Shown piece by piece: positions 13,375 to 31,700 of a stretch of DNA of 64,000 nucleotides. Within the stretch, counting starts at the first letter, position 1, and each line of letters opens with the position of its first letter. The notes below the pieces were generated by a model that was not told where the DNA came from, made no database searches, and was given only the letters and a program-made list of their open reading frames with translations. Location: the NCBI GenBank assembly GCA_964016885.1, contig OZ024761.1, positions 2,542,001-2,606,000 on the forward strand, read 5' to 3'. Source of the DNA: Eledone cirrhosa (lineage: Eukaryota). A program made the translations under genes and the position numbers.

Positions 13375-13470
13375 CGCAGGTGTGAGCCCCGCGAGTTGGA
13401 GTGGCTTTTCCAGCGTGTCTCCCTTGCCGTCCTCCGGGGAAACACCTTCTCCATTCTGTCCGCCAGAGCT
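13375..13470 (+). mobile_element. 3' fragment of a CRE-like (RLE endonuclease) non-LTR retrotransposon
   Basis: Translates RRCEPRELEWLFQRVSLAVLRGNTFSILSAR, matching the QRxSxAxxRGN C-terminal motif of CRE-type ORFs. Homologous to 42547-42640. Confidence 0.65.
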
Positions 13471-13743
13471 GTGGGTGGGCCCCATCACATACTGTTGTAG
13501 TTGTTGTATACAGATATTAACTCATTAGTCCCATTATTTATAGCACATTTGATAATTACTCTGACATATATTTGTTATTTCAGCATTGATCAATTCAATT
13601 ATTAAACCATTAGTTATTATTATCATAATTTACGACATTCATTTAATAGTCATCAGGTTGTTTTGTATTTTTCAAGAATATCTTATTAATGTGGTTTCAT
13701 GTGGTACAGGACATTAAACCTTTTGAAAACAACTTATCCCAAA

Positions 13744-16700
13744 CCACTCCTACACCACTACACCACTCCTGACACCACTACACCACCCCTGACACCACTA
13801 CACCTCCCCTGACACCACTACACCTCCCCTGACACCACTACACCTCTCCTGACACCACTACACCTCTCCTGACACCACTACACCTCCCCTGACACCACTA
13901 CACCACTCCTGACACAACTACACCTCACCTGACACCACTACATCTCCGCTGACACCACTACACCACTCCTGACACCACGACACCACTACACCTCTCCTGA
14001 CACCACTACACCTCTCCTGACACCACTACAACACTCCTGACACCACTACACCTCCCCTGACACCACTACACCTCCCCTGACACCACTACACCTCCCCTGA
14101 CACCACTACACCACCCCTGACACCACTACACCTCCCCTGACACCACTACACCACCCCTGACACCACTACACCTCCCCTGACACCACTACACCACTCCTGA
14201 CACCACTACACCTCCTCTGACACCACTACACCTCTCCTGACACCAATACACCTCCCCTGACACCACTACACCACTCCCGACACCACTACACCTCCGCTAA
14301 CACCACTACACCACTCCTGACACCACGACGCCACTCCTGACACCACTACACCTCTCCTGACACCACTACACCTCTCCTGACACCACTACACCTCCCCTGA
14401 CACCACTACACCACTCCTGACACCACTACACCACTCCTGACACCACTACACCACTCTTGACACCACTACACCACTCTTGACACCACTACACCACTCCTGA
14501 CACCACTACACCTCCCCTGACACCACTACACCACTCCTGACACCAATACACCACTCCTGACACCACTACACCTCCCCTGACACCACTACACCTCCCCTGA
14601 CACCACTACACCACTCCTGACACCACTACACCTCCCCTGACACCACTACACCTCCCCTGACACCACTACACCTCCTCTGACACCACTACACCTCCCCTGA
14701 CACCACTACACCTCCCCTGACACCACTACACCTCCCCTGACACCACTACACCTCCCCTGACACCACTACACCTCTCCTGACACCACTACACCTCCCCTGA
14801 CACCACTACACCTCTCCTGACACCACTACACCTCCCCTGACACCACTACACCTCCCCTGACACCACTACACCTCCCCTGACACCACTACACCTCCCCTGA
14901 CACCACTACACCTCCCCTGACACCACTACACCTCCCCTGACACCACTACACCACCCCTGACACCACTACACCTCCCCTGACACCACTACACCTCTCCTGA
15001 CACCACTACACCTCCCCTGACACCACTACACCTCCCCTGACACCACTACACCTCCCCTGACACCACTACACCTCCCCTGACACCACTACACCTCTCCTGA
15101 CACCACTACACCTCCCCTGACACCACTACACCTCCCCTGACACCACTACACCACCCCTGACACCACTACACCTCCCCTGACACCACTACACCTCTCCTGA
15201 CACCACTACACCTCCCCTGACACCACTACACCTCCCCTGACACCACTACACCTCCCCTGACACCACTACACCTCCCCTGACACCACTACACCTCCCCTGA
15301 CACCACTACACCTCCCCTGACACCACTACACCTCTCCTGACACCACTACACCTCCTCTGACACCACTACACCTCTCCTGACACCACTACACCTCCCCTGA
15401 CACCACTACACCTCCCCTGACACCACTACACCTCCCCTGACACCACTACACCTCCCCTGACACCACTACACCACCCCTGACACCACTACACCTCCCCTGA
15501 CACCACTACACCTCTCCTGACACCACTACACCTCCCCTGACACCACTACACCTCCCCTGACACCACTACACCTCCCCTGACACCACTACACCTCCCCTGA
15601 CACCACTACACCTCCCCTGACACCACTACACCTCCCCTGACACCACTACACCTCCCCTGACACCACTACACCTCCCCTGACACCACTACACCTCCCCTGA
15701 CACCACTACACCTCCCCTGACACCACTACACCTCCCCTGACACCACTACACCACTCCTGACACCAATACACCACTCCTGACACCACTACACCACTCCTGA
15801 CACCACTACACCACTCCTGACACCAATACACCACTCCTGACACCACTACACCACTCCTGACACCACTACACCTCCCCTGACACCACTACACCTCCCCTGA
15901 CACCACTACACCTCCCCTGACACCACTACACCTCCCCTGACACCACTACACCTCTCCTGACACCACTACACCACTCCTGACACCACTACACCACTCCTGA
16001 CACCACTACACCTCCCCTGACACCACTACACCTCCCCTGACACCACTACACCTCCCCTGACACCACTACACCTCCCCTGACACCACTACACCTCTCCTGA
16101 CACCACTACACCTCCCCTGACACCACTACACCACTCCTGACACCAATACACCTCTCCTGACACCAATACACCACTCCTGACACCACTACACCACTCCTGA
16201 CACCACTACACCTCCCCTGACACCACTACACCTCCCCTGACACCACTACACCTCCCCTGACACCACTACACCTCCCCTGACACCACTACACCACTCCTGA
16301 CACCAATACACCACTCCTGACACCACTACACCACTCCTGACACCACTACACCACTCCTGACACCAATACACCACTCCTGACACCACTACACCACTCCTGA
16401 CACCACTACACCTCCCCTGACACCACTACACCTCCCCTGACACCACTACACCTCCCCTGACACCACTACACCTCTCCTGACACCACTACACCACTCCTGA
16501 CACCAATACACCTCCCCTGACACCACTACACCTCCCCTGACACCACTACACCTCCCCTGACACCACTACACCTCCTCTGACACCACTACACCTCTCCTGA
16601 CACCAATACACCTCCCCTGACACCACTACACCTCCTCTGACACCACTACACCACTCCTGACACCACTACACCACTCCTGACACCACTACACCACTCCTGA

Positions 16701-19700
16701 CACCAATACACCTCTCCTGACACCAATACACCTCCCCTGACACCACTACACCTCCCCTGACACCACTACACCTCCCCTGACACCACTACACCTCCTCTGA
16801 CACCACTACACCTCTCCTGACACCAATACACCTCCCCTGACACCACTACACCTCCTCTGACACCACTACACCACTCCTGACACCACTACACCACTCCTGA
16901 CACCACTACACCACTCCTGACACCAATACACCTCTCCTGACACCAATACACCTCCCCTGACACCACTACACCTCCCCTGACACCAATACACCTCTCCTGA
17001 CACCACTACACCTCCCCTGACACCACTACACCTCCCCTGACACCAATACACCTCCCCTGACACCACTACACCTCCTCTGACACCACTACACCTCTCCTGA
17101 CACCACTACACCTCCTCTGACACCACTACACCTCCCCTGACACCACTACACCTCCCCTGACACCACTACACCTCCTCTGACACCACTACACCTCCCCTGA
17201 CACCACTACACCTCCTCTGACACCACTACACCTCTCCTGACACCAATACACCTCCCCTGACACCACTACACCTCCTCTGACACCACTACACCTCTCCTGA
17301 CACCAATACACCTCCCCTGACACCACTACACCTCCCCTGACACCACTACACCTCCCCTGACACCACTACACCTCCTCTGACACCACTACACCACTCCTGA
17401 CACCACTACACCTCCTCCTGACACCACTACACCACTCCTGACACCAATACACCTCCCCTGACACCACTACACCTCCTCTGACACCACTACACCTCCTCTG
17501 ACACCACTACACCTCCCCTGACACCACTACACCTCCCCTGACACCAATACACCTCCCCTGACACCACTACACCTCCTCTGACACCACTACACCTCCCCTG
17601 ACACCACTACACCTCCTCTGACACCACTACACCTCTCCTGACACCAATACACCTCCCCTGACACCACTACACCTCCTCTGACACCACTACACCTCTCCTG
17701 ACACCAATACACCTCCCCTGACACCACTACACCTCCCCTGACACCAATACACCTCTCCTGACACCACTACACCTCCCCTGACACCACTACACCTCCTCTG
17801 ACACCACTACACCACCCCTGACACCACTACACCTCCCCTGACACCAATACACCTCCCCTGACACCACTACACCTCCCCTGACACCACTACACCTCCTCTG
17901 ACACCACTACACCACTCCTGACACCACTACACCACTCCTGACACCACTACACCACTCCTGACACCACTACACCACTCCTGACACCACTACACCTCCCCTG
18001 ACACCACTACACCACTCCTGACACCACTACACCACTCCTGACACCACTACACCTCCCCTGACACCACTACACCACTCCTGACACCACTACACCTCTCCTG
18101 ACACCACTACACCTCCTCTGACACCACTACACCACTCCTGACACCACTACACCACTCCTGACACCACTACACCTCCCCTGACACCACTACACCACTCCTG
18201 ACACCACTACACCTCCCTGACACCACTACACCTCCCCTGACACCACTACACCACTCCTGACACCACTACACCTCTCCTGACACCACTACACCTCTCTGAC
18301 ACCACTACACCACTCCTGACACCACTACACCTCCCCTGACACCACTACACCTCCCCTGACACCACTACACCACTCCTGACACCACTACACCTCCCCTGAC
18401 ACCACTACACCTCTCCTGACACCACTACACCTCCCCTGACACCACTACACCTCCCCTGACACCACTACACCTCCCCTGACACCACTACACCACTCCTGAC
18501 ACCACTACACCTCCCCTGACACCACTACACCTCCCCTGACACCACTACACCTCCCCTGACACCAATACACCTCCCCTGACACCACTACACCTCCCCTGAC
18601 ACCACTACACCACTCCTGACACCACTACACCTCCCCTGACACCACTACACCTCCCCTGACACCAATACACCTCCCCTGACACCACTACACCTCCCCTGAC
18701 ACCACTACACCACTCCTGACACCACTACACCTCCCCTGACACCACTACACCTCCCCTGACACCAATACACCTCCCCTGACACCACTACACCTCCCCTGAC
18801 ACCACTACACCACTCCTGACACCACTACACCTCCCCTGACACCACTACACCTCCCCTGACACCAATACACCTCCCCTGACACCACTACACCTCCCCTGAC
18901 ACCACTACACCACTCCTGACACCACTACACCTCCCCTGACACCACTACACCTCCCCTGACACCAATACACCTCCCCTGACACCACTACACCTCCCCTGAC
19001 ACCACTACACCACTCCTGACACTACTACACCTCCCCTGACACCACTACACCTCCCCTGACACCAATACACCTCCCCTGACACCACTACACCTCCCCTGAC
19101 ACCACTACACCACTCCTGACACCACTACACCTCCCCTGACACTACTACACCACTCCTGACACCACTACACCTCCCCTGACACCACTACACCTCCCCTGAC
19201 ACCACTACACCTCCCCTGACACCACTACACCTCCCCTGACACCAATACACCTCCCCTGACACCACTACACCTCCCCTGACACCACTACACCACTCCTGAC
19301 ACCACTACACCTCCCCTGACACCACTACACCACTCCTGACACTACTACACCTCCCCTGACACCACTACACCTCCCCTGACACCACTACACCTCCCCTGAC
19401 ACCACTACACCTCCCCTGACACCACTACACCACTCCTGACACCACTACACCTCCCCTGACACCACTACACCACTCCTGACACCACTACACCACTCCTGAC
19501 ACCACTACACCTCCCCTGACACCACTACACCACTCCTGACACCACTACACCTCCCCTGACACCACTACACCTCCCCTGACACCACTACACCTCCCCTGAC
19601 ACCACTACACCACTCCTGACACCACTACACCTCCCCTGACACCACTACACCTCCCCTGACACCACTACACCACTCCTGACACCACTACACCTCCCCTGAC

Positions 19701-22700
19701 ACCACTACACCACTCCTGACACCAATACACCTCCCCTGACACCACTACACCTCCCCTGACACCACTACACCACTCCTGACACCACTACACCTCCCCTGAC
19801 ACCACTACACCTCCCCTGACACCACTACACCTCCCCTGACACCACTACACCTCCCCTGACACCACTACACCACTCCTGACACCACTACACCACTCCTGAC
19901 ACTACTACACCTCCCCTGACACCACTACACCTCCCCTGACACCACTACACCTCCCCTGACACCAATACACCTCCCCTGACACCACTACACCACTCCTGAC
20001 ACCACTACACCACTCCTGACACCACTACACCACTCCTGACACCACTACACCTCCCCTGACACCACTACACCTCCCCTGACACCACTACACCTCCCCTGAC
20101 ACCACTACACCTCCCCTGACACCACTACACCTCCCCTGACACCACTACACCTCCCCTGACACCACTACACCTCCCCTGACACCACTACACCTCCCCTGAC
20201 ACCAATACACCTCCCCTGACACCACTACACCTCCCCTGACACCACTACACCTCCCCTGACACCACTACACCTCCCCTGACACCACTACACCTCCCCTGAC
20301 ACCACTACACCTCCCCTGACACCAATACACCTCCCCTGACACCACTACACCACTCCTGACACCACTACACCACTCCTGACACCACTACACCTCCCCTGAC
20401 ACCACTACACCTCCCCTGACACCACTACACCTCCCCTGACACCACTACACCTCCCCTGACACCACTACACCTCCTCTGACACCACTACACCACTCCTGAC
20501 ACCACTACACCTCCCCTGACACCACTACACCTCCCCTGACACCACTACACCACTCCTGACACCACTACACCTCCCCTGACACCACTACACCTCCCCTGAC
20601 ACCACTACACCACTCCTGACACCACTACACCTCCCCTGACACCACTACACCACCCCTGACACCACTACACCACTCCTGACACCACTACACCTCCCCTGAC
20701 ACCACTACACCTCCCCTGACACCACTACACCTCCCCTGACACCACTACACCTCCCCTGACACCACTACACCTCCCCTGACACCAATACACCTCCCCTGAC
20801 ACCACTACACCACTCTGACACCACTACACCTCCCCTGACACCACTACACCACTCCTGACACCAATACACCTCCCCTGACACCACTACACCACTCCTGACA
20901 CCACTACACCTCCCCTGACACCACTACACCACTCCTGACACCACTACACCTCCCCTGACACCACTACACCTCCCCTGACACCACTACACCACTCCTGACA
21001 CCACTACACCACTCCTGACACTACTACACCTCCCCTGACACCACTACACCTCCCCTGACACCAATACACCTCCCCTGACACCACTACACCACTCCTGACA
21101 CCACTACACCACTCCTGACACCACTACACCTCCCCTGACACCACTACACCTCCCCTGACACCACTACACCTCCCCTGACACCACTACACCTCCCCTGACA
21201 CCACTACACCTCCTCTGACACCACTACACCACTCCTGACACCACTACACCACTCCTGACACCACTACACCTCCCCTGACACCACTACACCTCCCCTGACA
21301 CCACTACACCACTCCTGACACCACTACACCTCCCCTGACACCAATACACCTCCCCTGACACCACTACACCACTCCTGACACCACTACACCTCCCCTGACA
21401 CCACTACACCACCCCTGACACCACTACACCTCCCCTGACACCACTACACCTCTCCTGACACCACTACACCTCTCCTGACACCACTACACCTCCCCTGACA
21501 CCACTACACCTCCCCTGACACCACTACACCTCTCCTGACACCACTACACCACTCCTGACACCACTACACCTCCCCTGACACCACTACACCTCCCCTGACA
21601 CCACTACACCTCCCCTGACACCACTACACCTCCCCTGACACCACTACACCTCCCCTGACACCAATACACCTCCCCTGACACCACTACACCACTCCTGACA
21701 CCACTACACCTCCCCTGACACCACTACACCACTCCTGACACCACTACACCTCCCCTGACACCACTACACCTCTCCTGACACCACTACACCTCCCCTGACA
21801 CCACTACACCTCCCCTGACACCACTACACCTCCCCTGACACCACTACACCTCCCCTGACACCACTACACCTCCCCTGACACCACTACACCTCCCCTGACA
21901 CCACTACACCTCCCCTGACACCACTACACCACTCCTGACACTACTACACCTCCCCTGACACCACTACACCACTCCTGACACCACTACACCTCCCCTGACA
22001 CCACTACACCACTCCTGACACTACTACACCTCCCCTGACACCACTACACCACTCCTGACACTACTACACCACTCCTGACACCACTACACCTCCCCTGACA
22101 CCACTACACCACTCCTGACACCACTACACCACTCCTGACACCACTACACCTCCCCTGACACCACTACACCTCTCCTGACACCACTACACCTCCCCTGACA
22201 CCACTACACCACTCCTGACACCACTACACCTCCCCTGACACCACTACACCACTCCTGACACCACTACACCTCCCCTGACACCACTACACCTCTCCTGACA
22301 CCACTACACCTCCCCTGACACCACTACACCACTCCTGACACCACTACACCACTCCTGACACCACTACACCTCCCCTGACACCACTACACCTCCCCTGACA
22401 CCACTATACCTCACCTGACACCACTACACCTCCCCTGACACCACTACACCTCCCCTGACACTACTACACCTCTCCTGACACTACTACACCTCTCCTGACA
22501 CTACTACACCACTCCTGACACCAATACACCTCCCCTGACACCACTACACCACTCCTGACACCACTACACCACTCCTGACACCACTACACCTCCCCTGACA
22601 CCACTACACCTCTCCTGACACCACTACACCTCCCCTGACACCACTACACCTCCCCTGACACCACTACACCTCCCCTGACACCACTACACCTCCCCTGACA

Positions 22701-25700
22701 CCACTACACCTCTCCTGACACCACTACACCTCCCCTGACACCACTACACCTCTCCTGACACCACTACACCTCCCCTGACACCACTACACCTCCCCTGACA
22801 CCACTACACCTCTCCTGACACTACTACACCTCTCCTGACACTACTACACCACTCCTGACACCACTACACCACTCCTGACACCACTACACCTCCCCTGACA
22901 CCACTACACCTCCCCTGACACCACTACACCTCCCCTGACACCACTACACCTCTCCTGACACTACTACACCTCTCCTGACACTACTACACCACTCCTGACA
23001 CCACTACACCACTCCTGACACCACTACACCTCTCCTGACACCACTACACCTCCCCTGACACCACTACACCACTCCTGACACCACTACACCACTCCTGACA
23101 CCACTACACCTCCCCTGACACCACTACACCTCCCCTGACACCACTACACCTCCCCTGACACCACTACACCTCCCCTGACACCACTACACCACCCCTGACA
23201 CCACTACACCTCCCCTGACACCACTACACCTCCCCTGACACCACTACACCTCCCCTGACACCACTACACCTCCCCTGACACCACTACACCTCCCCTGACA
23301 CCACTACACCACTCCTGACACTACTACACCTCCCCTGACACCACTACACCACTCCTGACACTACTACACCACTCCTGACACCAATACACCTCCCCTGACA
23401 CCACTACACCACTCCTGACACCACTACACCACTCCTGACACCACTACACCTCCCCTGACACCACTACACCTCTCCTGACACCACTACACCTCCCCTGACA
23501 CCACTACACCTCCCCTGACACCACTACACCTCCCCTGACACCACTACACCACTCCTGACACTACTACACCTCCCCTGACACCACTACACCTCTCCTGACA
23601 CCACTACACCACTCCTGACACCACTACACCACTCCTGACACCACTACACCTCCCCTGACACCACTACACCTCTCCTGACACCACTACACCTCCCCTGACA
23701 CCACTACACCTCCCCTGACACCACTACACCTCCCCTGACACCACTACACCACTCCTGACACTACTACACCTCCCCTGACACCACTACACCTCTCCTGACA
23801 CCACTACACCTCCCCTGACACCACTACACCTCCCCTGACACCACTACACCTCCCCTGACACCACTACACCTCCCCTGACACCACTACACCACTCCTGACA
23901 CCACTACACCTCTCCTGACACCACTACACCTCCCCTGACACCACTACACCACTCCCTGACACCACTACACCACCCCTGACACCACTACACCACTCCTGAC
24001 ACCACTACACCTCCCCTGACACCACTACACCACTCCTGACACTACTACACCTCCCCTGACACCACTACACCTCTCCTGACACCACTACACCTCCCCTGAC
24101 ACCACTACACCTCCCCTGACACCACTACACCACTCCTGACACCACTACACCTCTCCTGACACCACTACACCTCCCCTGACACCACTACACCTCCCCTGAC
24201 ACCACTACACCACTCCTGACACCAATACACCTCCCCTGACACCACTACACCACTCCTGACACCAATACACCTCCCCTGACACCACTACACCACTCCTGAC
24301 ACCACTACACCACTCCTGACACCAATACACCTCCTCTGACACCACTACACCTCCCCTGACACCACTACACCACTCCTGACACCACTACACCACTCCTGAC
24401 ACCACTACACCTCCCCTGACACCACTACACCACTCCTGACACCACTACACCACTCCTGACACCACTACACCTCCCCTGACACCACTACACCTCCCCTGAC
24501 ACCACTACACCACTCCTGACACCACTACACCTCCCCTGACACCACTACACCTCCCCTGACACCACTACACCACTCCTGACACCAATACACCTCCCCTGAC
24601 ACCACTACACCTCACCTGACACCACTACACCACTCCTGACACCAATACACCTCCCCTGACACCACTACACCTCCTCTGACACCACTACACCTCCTCTGAC
24701 ACCACTACACCACTCCTGACACCAATACACCTCCCCTGACACCACTACACCTCCTCTGACACCACTACACCTCCCCTGACACCACTACACCTCCCCTGAC
24801 ACCACTACACCTCCTCTGACACCACTACACCTCCCCTGACACCACTACACCTCCCCTGACACCACTACACCTCCCCTGACACCACTACACCTCCTCTGAC
24901 ACCACTACACCTCCCCTGACACCACTACACCTCCCCTGACACCACTACACCTCCTCTGACACCACTACACCACTCCTGACACCACTACACCTCCCCTGAC
25001 ACCACTACACCTCCCCTGACACCACTACACCTCCCCTGACACCACTACACCTCTCCTGACACCACTACACCACTCCTGACACCACTACACCACTCCTGAC
25101 ACCACTACACCTCCCCTGACACCACTACACCTCCCCTGACACCACTACACCTCCCTGACACCACTACACCTCTCCTGACACCACTACACCACTCCTGACA
25201 CCACTACACCACTCCTGACACCACTACACCTCCCCTGACACCACTACACCTCACCTGACACCACTACACCTCCCCTGACACCACTACACCACTCCTGACA
25301 CCACTACACCTCCCTGACACCACTACACCACTCCTGACACCACTACACCTCCCCTGACACCACTACACCTCACCTGACACCACTACACCTCCCCTGACAC
25401 CACTACACCTCCCCTGACACCACTACACCTCCCTGACACCACTACACCACTCCTGACACCACTACACCACTCCTGACACCACTACACCTCCTCCTGACAC
25501 CACTACACCACTCCTGACACCACTACACCACTCCTGACACCACTACACCACTCCTGACACCACTACACCACTCCTGACACCACTACACCACTCCTGACAC
25601 CACTACACCACTCCTGACACCACTACACCACTCCTGACACCACTACACCACTCCTGACACCACTACACCACTCCTGACACCACTACACCACTCCTGACAC

Positions 25701-28700
25701 CACTACACCACTCCTGACACCATTACACCACTCCTGACACCACTACACCTCACCTGACACCACTACACCTCCCCTGACACCACTACACCTCCCCTGACAC
25801 CACTACACCTCCCCTGACACCACTACACCACTCCTGACACCACTACACCACTCCTGACACCACTACACCTCCTCTGACACCACTACACCTCCTCTGACAC
25901 CACTACACCTCCCCTGACACCACTACACCTCCCCTGACACCACTACACCTCCCCTGACACCACTACACCTCCCCTGACACCACTACACCACTCCTGACAC
26001 CACTACACCACTCCTGACACCACTACACCTCCTCTGACACCACTACACCTCCTCTGACACCACTACACCTCCCCTGACACCACTACACCACTCCTGACAC
26101 CACTACACCTCCCCTGACACCACTACACCTCCCCTGACACCACTACACCTCCCCTGACACCACTACACCTCCTCTGACACCACTACACCACTCCTGACAC
26201 CACTACACCTCCCCTGACACCACTACACCTCCCCTGACACCACTACACCTCCCCTGACACCACTACACCTCCCCTGACACCACTACACCACTCCTGACAC
26301 CACTACACCTCCCCTGACACCACTACACCTCCTCTGACACCACTACACCTCCCCTGACACCACTACACCACTCCTGACACCACTACACCTCCCCTGACAC
26401 CACTACACCTCCCCTGACACCACTACACCTCCCCTGACACCACTACACCTCCTCTGACACCACTACACCTCACCTGACACCACTACACCACTCCTGACAC
26501 CACTACACCACTCCTGACACCAATACACCTCCCCTGACACCACTACACCTCCCCTGACACCACTACACCTCCCCTGACACCACTACACCTCCTCTGACAC
26601 CACTACACCTCCCCTGACACCACTACACCTCCCCTGACACCACTACACCTCCCCTGACACCACTACACCACTCCTGACACCACTACACCACTCCTGACAC
26701 CACTACACCTCACCTGACACCACTACACCACTCCTGACACCAATACACCTCCCCTGACACCACTACACCTCCCCTGACACCACTACACCTCCCCTGACAC
26801 CACTACACCACTCCTGACACCACTACACCTCCCCTGACACCACTACACCACCCCTGACACCACTACACCTCCCCTGACACCACTACACCTCCCCTGACAC
26901 CACTACACCTCCCCTGACACCACTACACCTCCCCTGACACCACTACACCTCCCCTGACACCACTACACCTCCCCTGACACCACTACACCACTCCTGACAC
27001 CACTACACCACTCCTGACACCACTACACCTCCCCTGACACCACTACACCACTCCTGACACCACTACACCTCCCCTGACACCACTACACCACTCCTGACAC
27101 CACTACACCACTCCTGACACCACTACACCTCCCCTGACACCACTACACCACTCCTGACACCACTACACCACTCCTGACACCACTACACCTCCCCTGACAC
27201 CACTACACCTCCCCTGACACCACTACACCACTCCTGACACCACTACACCTCCCCTGACACCACTACACCTCCCCTGACACCACTACACCACTCCTGACAC
27301 CACTACACCACTCCTGACACCACTACACCTCCCCTGACACCACTACACCACTCCTGACACCACTACACCTCCCTGACACCACTACACCTCCCCTGACACC
27401 ACTACACCTCCCCTGACACCACTACACCTCCCCTGACACCACTACACCACTCCTGACACCACTACACCACCCCTGACACCACTACACCTCCCCTGACACC
27501 ACTACACCTCCCCTGACACCACTACACCACTCCTGACACCACTACACCTCCCCTGACACCACTACACCACCCCTGACACCACTACACCTCCCCTGACACC
27601 ACTACACCTCTCCTGACACCACTACACCACTCCTGACACCACTACACCTCCCTGACACCACTACACCTCCCCTGACACCACTACACCACTCCTGACACCA
27701 CTACACCACTCCTGACACCACTACACCACTCCTGACACCACTACACCTCCCCTGACACCACTACACCACTCCTGACACCACTACACCTCACCTGACACCA
27801 CTACACCTCCCTGACACCACTACACCACTCCTGACACCACTACACCTCCCCTGACACCACTACACCTCCCTGACACCACTACACCACTCCTGACACCACT
27901 ACACCTCCCCTGACACCACTACACCTCACCTGACACCACTACACCTCCCCTGACACCACTACACCACTCCTGACACCACTACACCTCCCCTGACACCACT
28001 ACACCTCCCTGACACCACTACACCACTCCTGACACCACTACACCTCCCCTGACACCACTACACCTCCCCTGACACCACTACACCACTCCTGACACCACTA
28101 CACCACTCCTGACACCACTACACCACTCCTGACACCACTACACCTCCCCTGACACCACTACACCACTCCTGACACCACTACACCACTCCTGACACCACTA
28201 CACCTCCCTGACACCACTACACCACTCCTGACACCACTACACCACTCCTGACACCACTACACCACTCCTGACACCACTACACCTCCCCTGACACCACTAC
28301 ACCTCCCCTGACACCACTACACCACTCCTGACACCACTACACCTCCCCTGACACCACTACACCACCCCTGACACCACTACACCACTCCTGACACCACTAC
28401 ACCACTCCTGACACCACTACACCTCCCCTGACACCACTACACCACTCCTGACACCAATACACCTCCCCTGACACCACTACACCTCCCCTGACACCACTAC
28501 ACCTCCCCTGACACCACTACACCACTCCTGACACCACTACACCTCCCCTGACACCACTACACCACTCCTGACACCACTACACCACTCCTAACACCACTAC
28601 ACCTCCTCTGACACCACTACACCTCCCCTGACACCACTACACCTCCCTGACACCACTACACCTCCTCTGACACCACTACACCACTCCTGACACCACTACA

Positions 28701-31700
28701 CCTCCCCTGACACCACTACACCACTCCTGACACCACTACACCTCCCCTGACACCACTACACCACTCCTGACACCACTACACCTCCCCTGACACCACTACA
28801 CCACTCCTGACACCACTACACCTCTCCTGACACCACTACACCTCCCCTGACACCACTACACCACTCCTGACACCACTACACCTCCCCTGACACCACTACA
28901 CCTCCCCTGACACCACTACACCACTCCTAACACCACTACACCTCCTCTGACACCACTACACCACTCCTGACACCACTACACCACTCCTGACACCACTACA
29001 CCACTCCTGACACCACTACACCTCCCCTGACACCACTACACCTCCCCTGACACCACTACACCACTCCTGACACCACTACACCTCCCCTGACACCACTACA
29101 CCTCCCCTGACACCACTACACCTCCCTGACACCACTACACCTCCCCTGACACCACTACACCTCCCTGACACCACTACACCTCCTCCTGACACCACTACAC
29201 CACTCCTGACACCACTACACCACTCCTAACACCACTACACCTCCCCTGACACCACTACACCACTCCTGACACCACTACACCACTCTAACACCACTACACC
29301 TCCTCTGACACCACTACACCACTCCTGACACCACTACACCACTCCTAACACCACTACACCTCCCCTGACACCACTACACCTCCCCTGACACCACTACACC
29401 TCTCCTGACACCACTACACCACTCCTGACACCACTACACCACTCCTGACACCACTACACCTCTCCTGACACCACTACACCTCCCCTGACACCACTACACC
29501 ACTCCTGACACCACTACACCTCTCCTGACACCACTACACCTCCCCTGACACCACTACACCTCTCCTGACACCACTACACCTCCCCTGACACCACTACACC
29601 TCCTCTGACACCACTACACCTCCCCTGACACCACTACACCTCTCCTGACACCACTACACCTCCCCTGACACCACTACACCTCCCCTGACACCACTACACC
29701 TCCCCTGACACCACTACACCTCCTCTGACACCACTACACCTCCCCTGACACCACTACACCACTCCTGACACCACTACACCTCCCCTGACACCACTACACC
29801 TCCCCTGACACCACTACACCTCCTCTGACACCACTACACCTCCCCTGACACCACTACACCTCTCCTGACACCACTACACCCACTCCTGACACCAATACAC
29901 CTCCCCTGACACCACTACACCTCTCCTGACACCACTACACCTCCCCTGACACCACTACACCTCTCTGACACCACTACACCACTCCTGACACCACTACACC
30001 TCCCCTGACACCACTACACCTCTCCTGACACCACTACACCACTCCTGACACCACTACACCTCCCCTGACACCACTACACCTCCCCTGACACCACTACACC
30101 TCTCCTGACACCACTACACCTCCCCTGACACCACTACACCACTCCTGACACCACTACACCACTCCTGACACCAATACACCTCCCCTGACACCACTACACC
30201 ACTCCCTGACACCACTACACCACTCCTGACACCACTACACCACTCCTGACACCAATACACCTCCCCTGACACCACTACACCACTCCTGACACCACTACAC
30301 CACTCCTGACACCACTACACCACTCCTGACACCAATACACCTCCCCTGACACCACTACACCTCCCTGACACCACTACACCTCCTCTGACACCACTACACC
30401 TCCTCTGACACCACTACACCTCCCCTGACACCACTACACCACTCCTGACACCACTACACCTCCCCTGACACCACTACACCTCTCCTGACACCACTACACC
30501 TCCCTGACACAACTACACCTCTCCTGACACCACTACACCTCCCCTGACACCACTACACCTCTCCTGACACCACTACACCTCCTCTGACACCACTACACCT
30601 CCTCTGACACCACTACACCTCCCCTGACACCACTACACCACTCCTGACACCAATACACCTCCCCTGACACCACTACACCTCTCCTGACACCACTACACCT
30701 CCCCTGACACCACTACACCTCTCCTGACACCACTACACCCCCCTGACACCACTACACCACTCCTGACACCACTACACCACTCCTGACACCACTACACCAC
30801 TCCTGACACCAATACACCACTCCTGACACCAATACACCTCTCCTGACACCACAACACCACTCCTGACACCACTACACCACTCCTGACACCACTACACCTC
30901 CTCTGACACCACTACACCTCCCCTGACACCACTACACCACTCCTGACACCACTACACCACTCCTGACACCACTACACCACTCCTGACACCACTACACCAC
31001 TCCTGACACCACTACACCACTCCTGACACTACTACACCACTCCTGACACCACTACACCACTCCTGACACCACTACACCACTCCTGACACCACTACACCTC
31101 CTCTGACACCACTACACCACTCCTGACACCACTACACCACTCCTGACACCACTACACCACTCCTGACACCACTACACCACTCCTGACACCACTACACCTC
31201 CCCTGACACCACTACACCACTCCTGACACCACTACACCACTCCTGACACCACTACACCTCACCTGACACCACTACACCTCCCCTGACACCACTACACCTC
31301 CCCTGACACCACTACACCTCCCCTGACACCACTACACCTCCCCTGACACCACTACACCACTCCTGACACCACTACACCTCCCCTGACACCACTACACCTC
31401 ACCTGACACCACTACACCTCCCCTGACACCACTACACCACTCCTGACACCACTACACCTCCCCTGACACCACTACACCACTCCTGACACCACTACACCTC
31501 CCCTGACACCACTACACCTCCCCTGACACCACTACACCTCTCCTGACACCACTACACCTCTCCTGACACCACTACACCACTCCTGACACCACTACACCTC
31601 CTCTGACACCACTACACCACTCCTGACACCACTACACCACTCCTGACACCACTACACCACTCCTGACACCACTACACCACTCCTGACACCACTACACCTC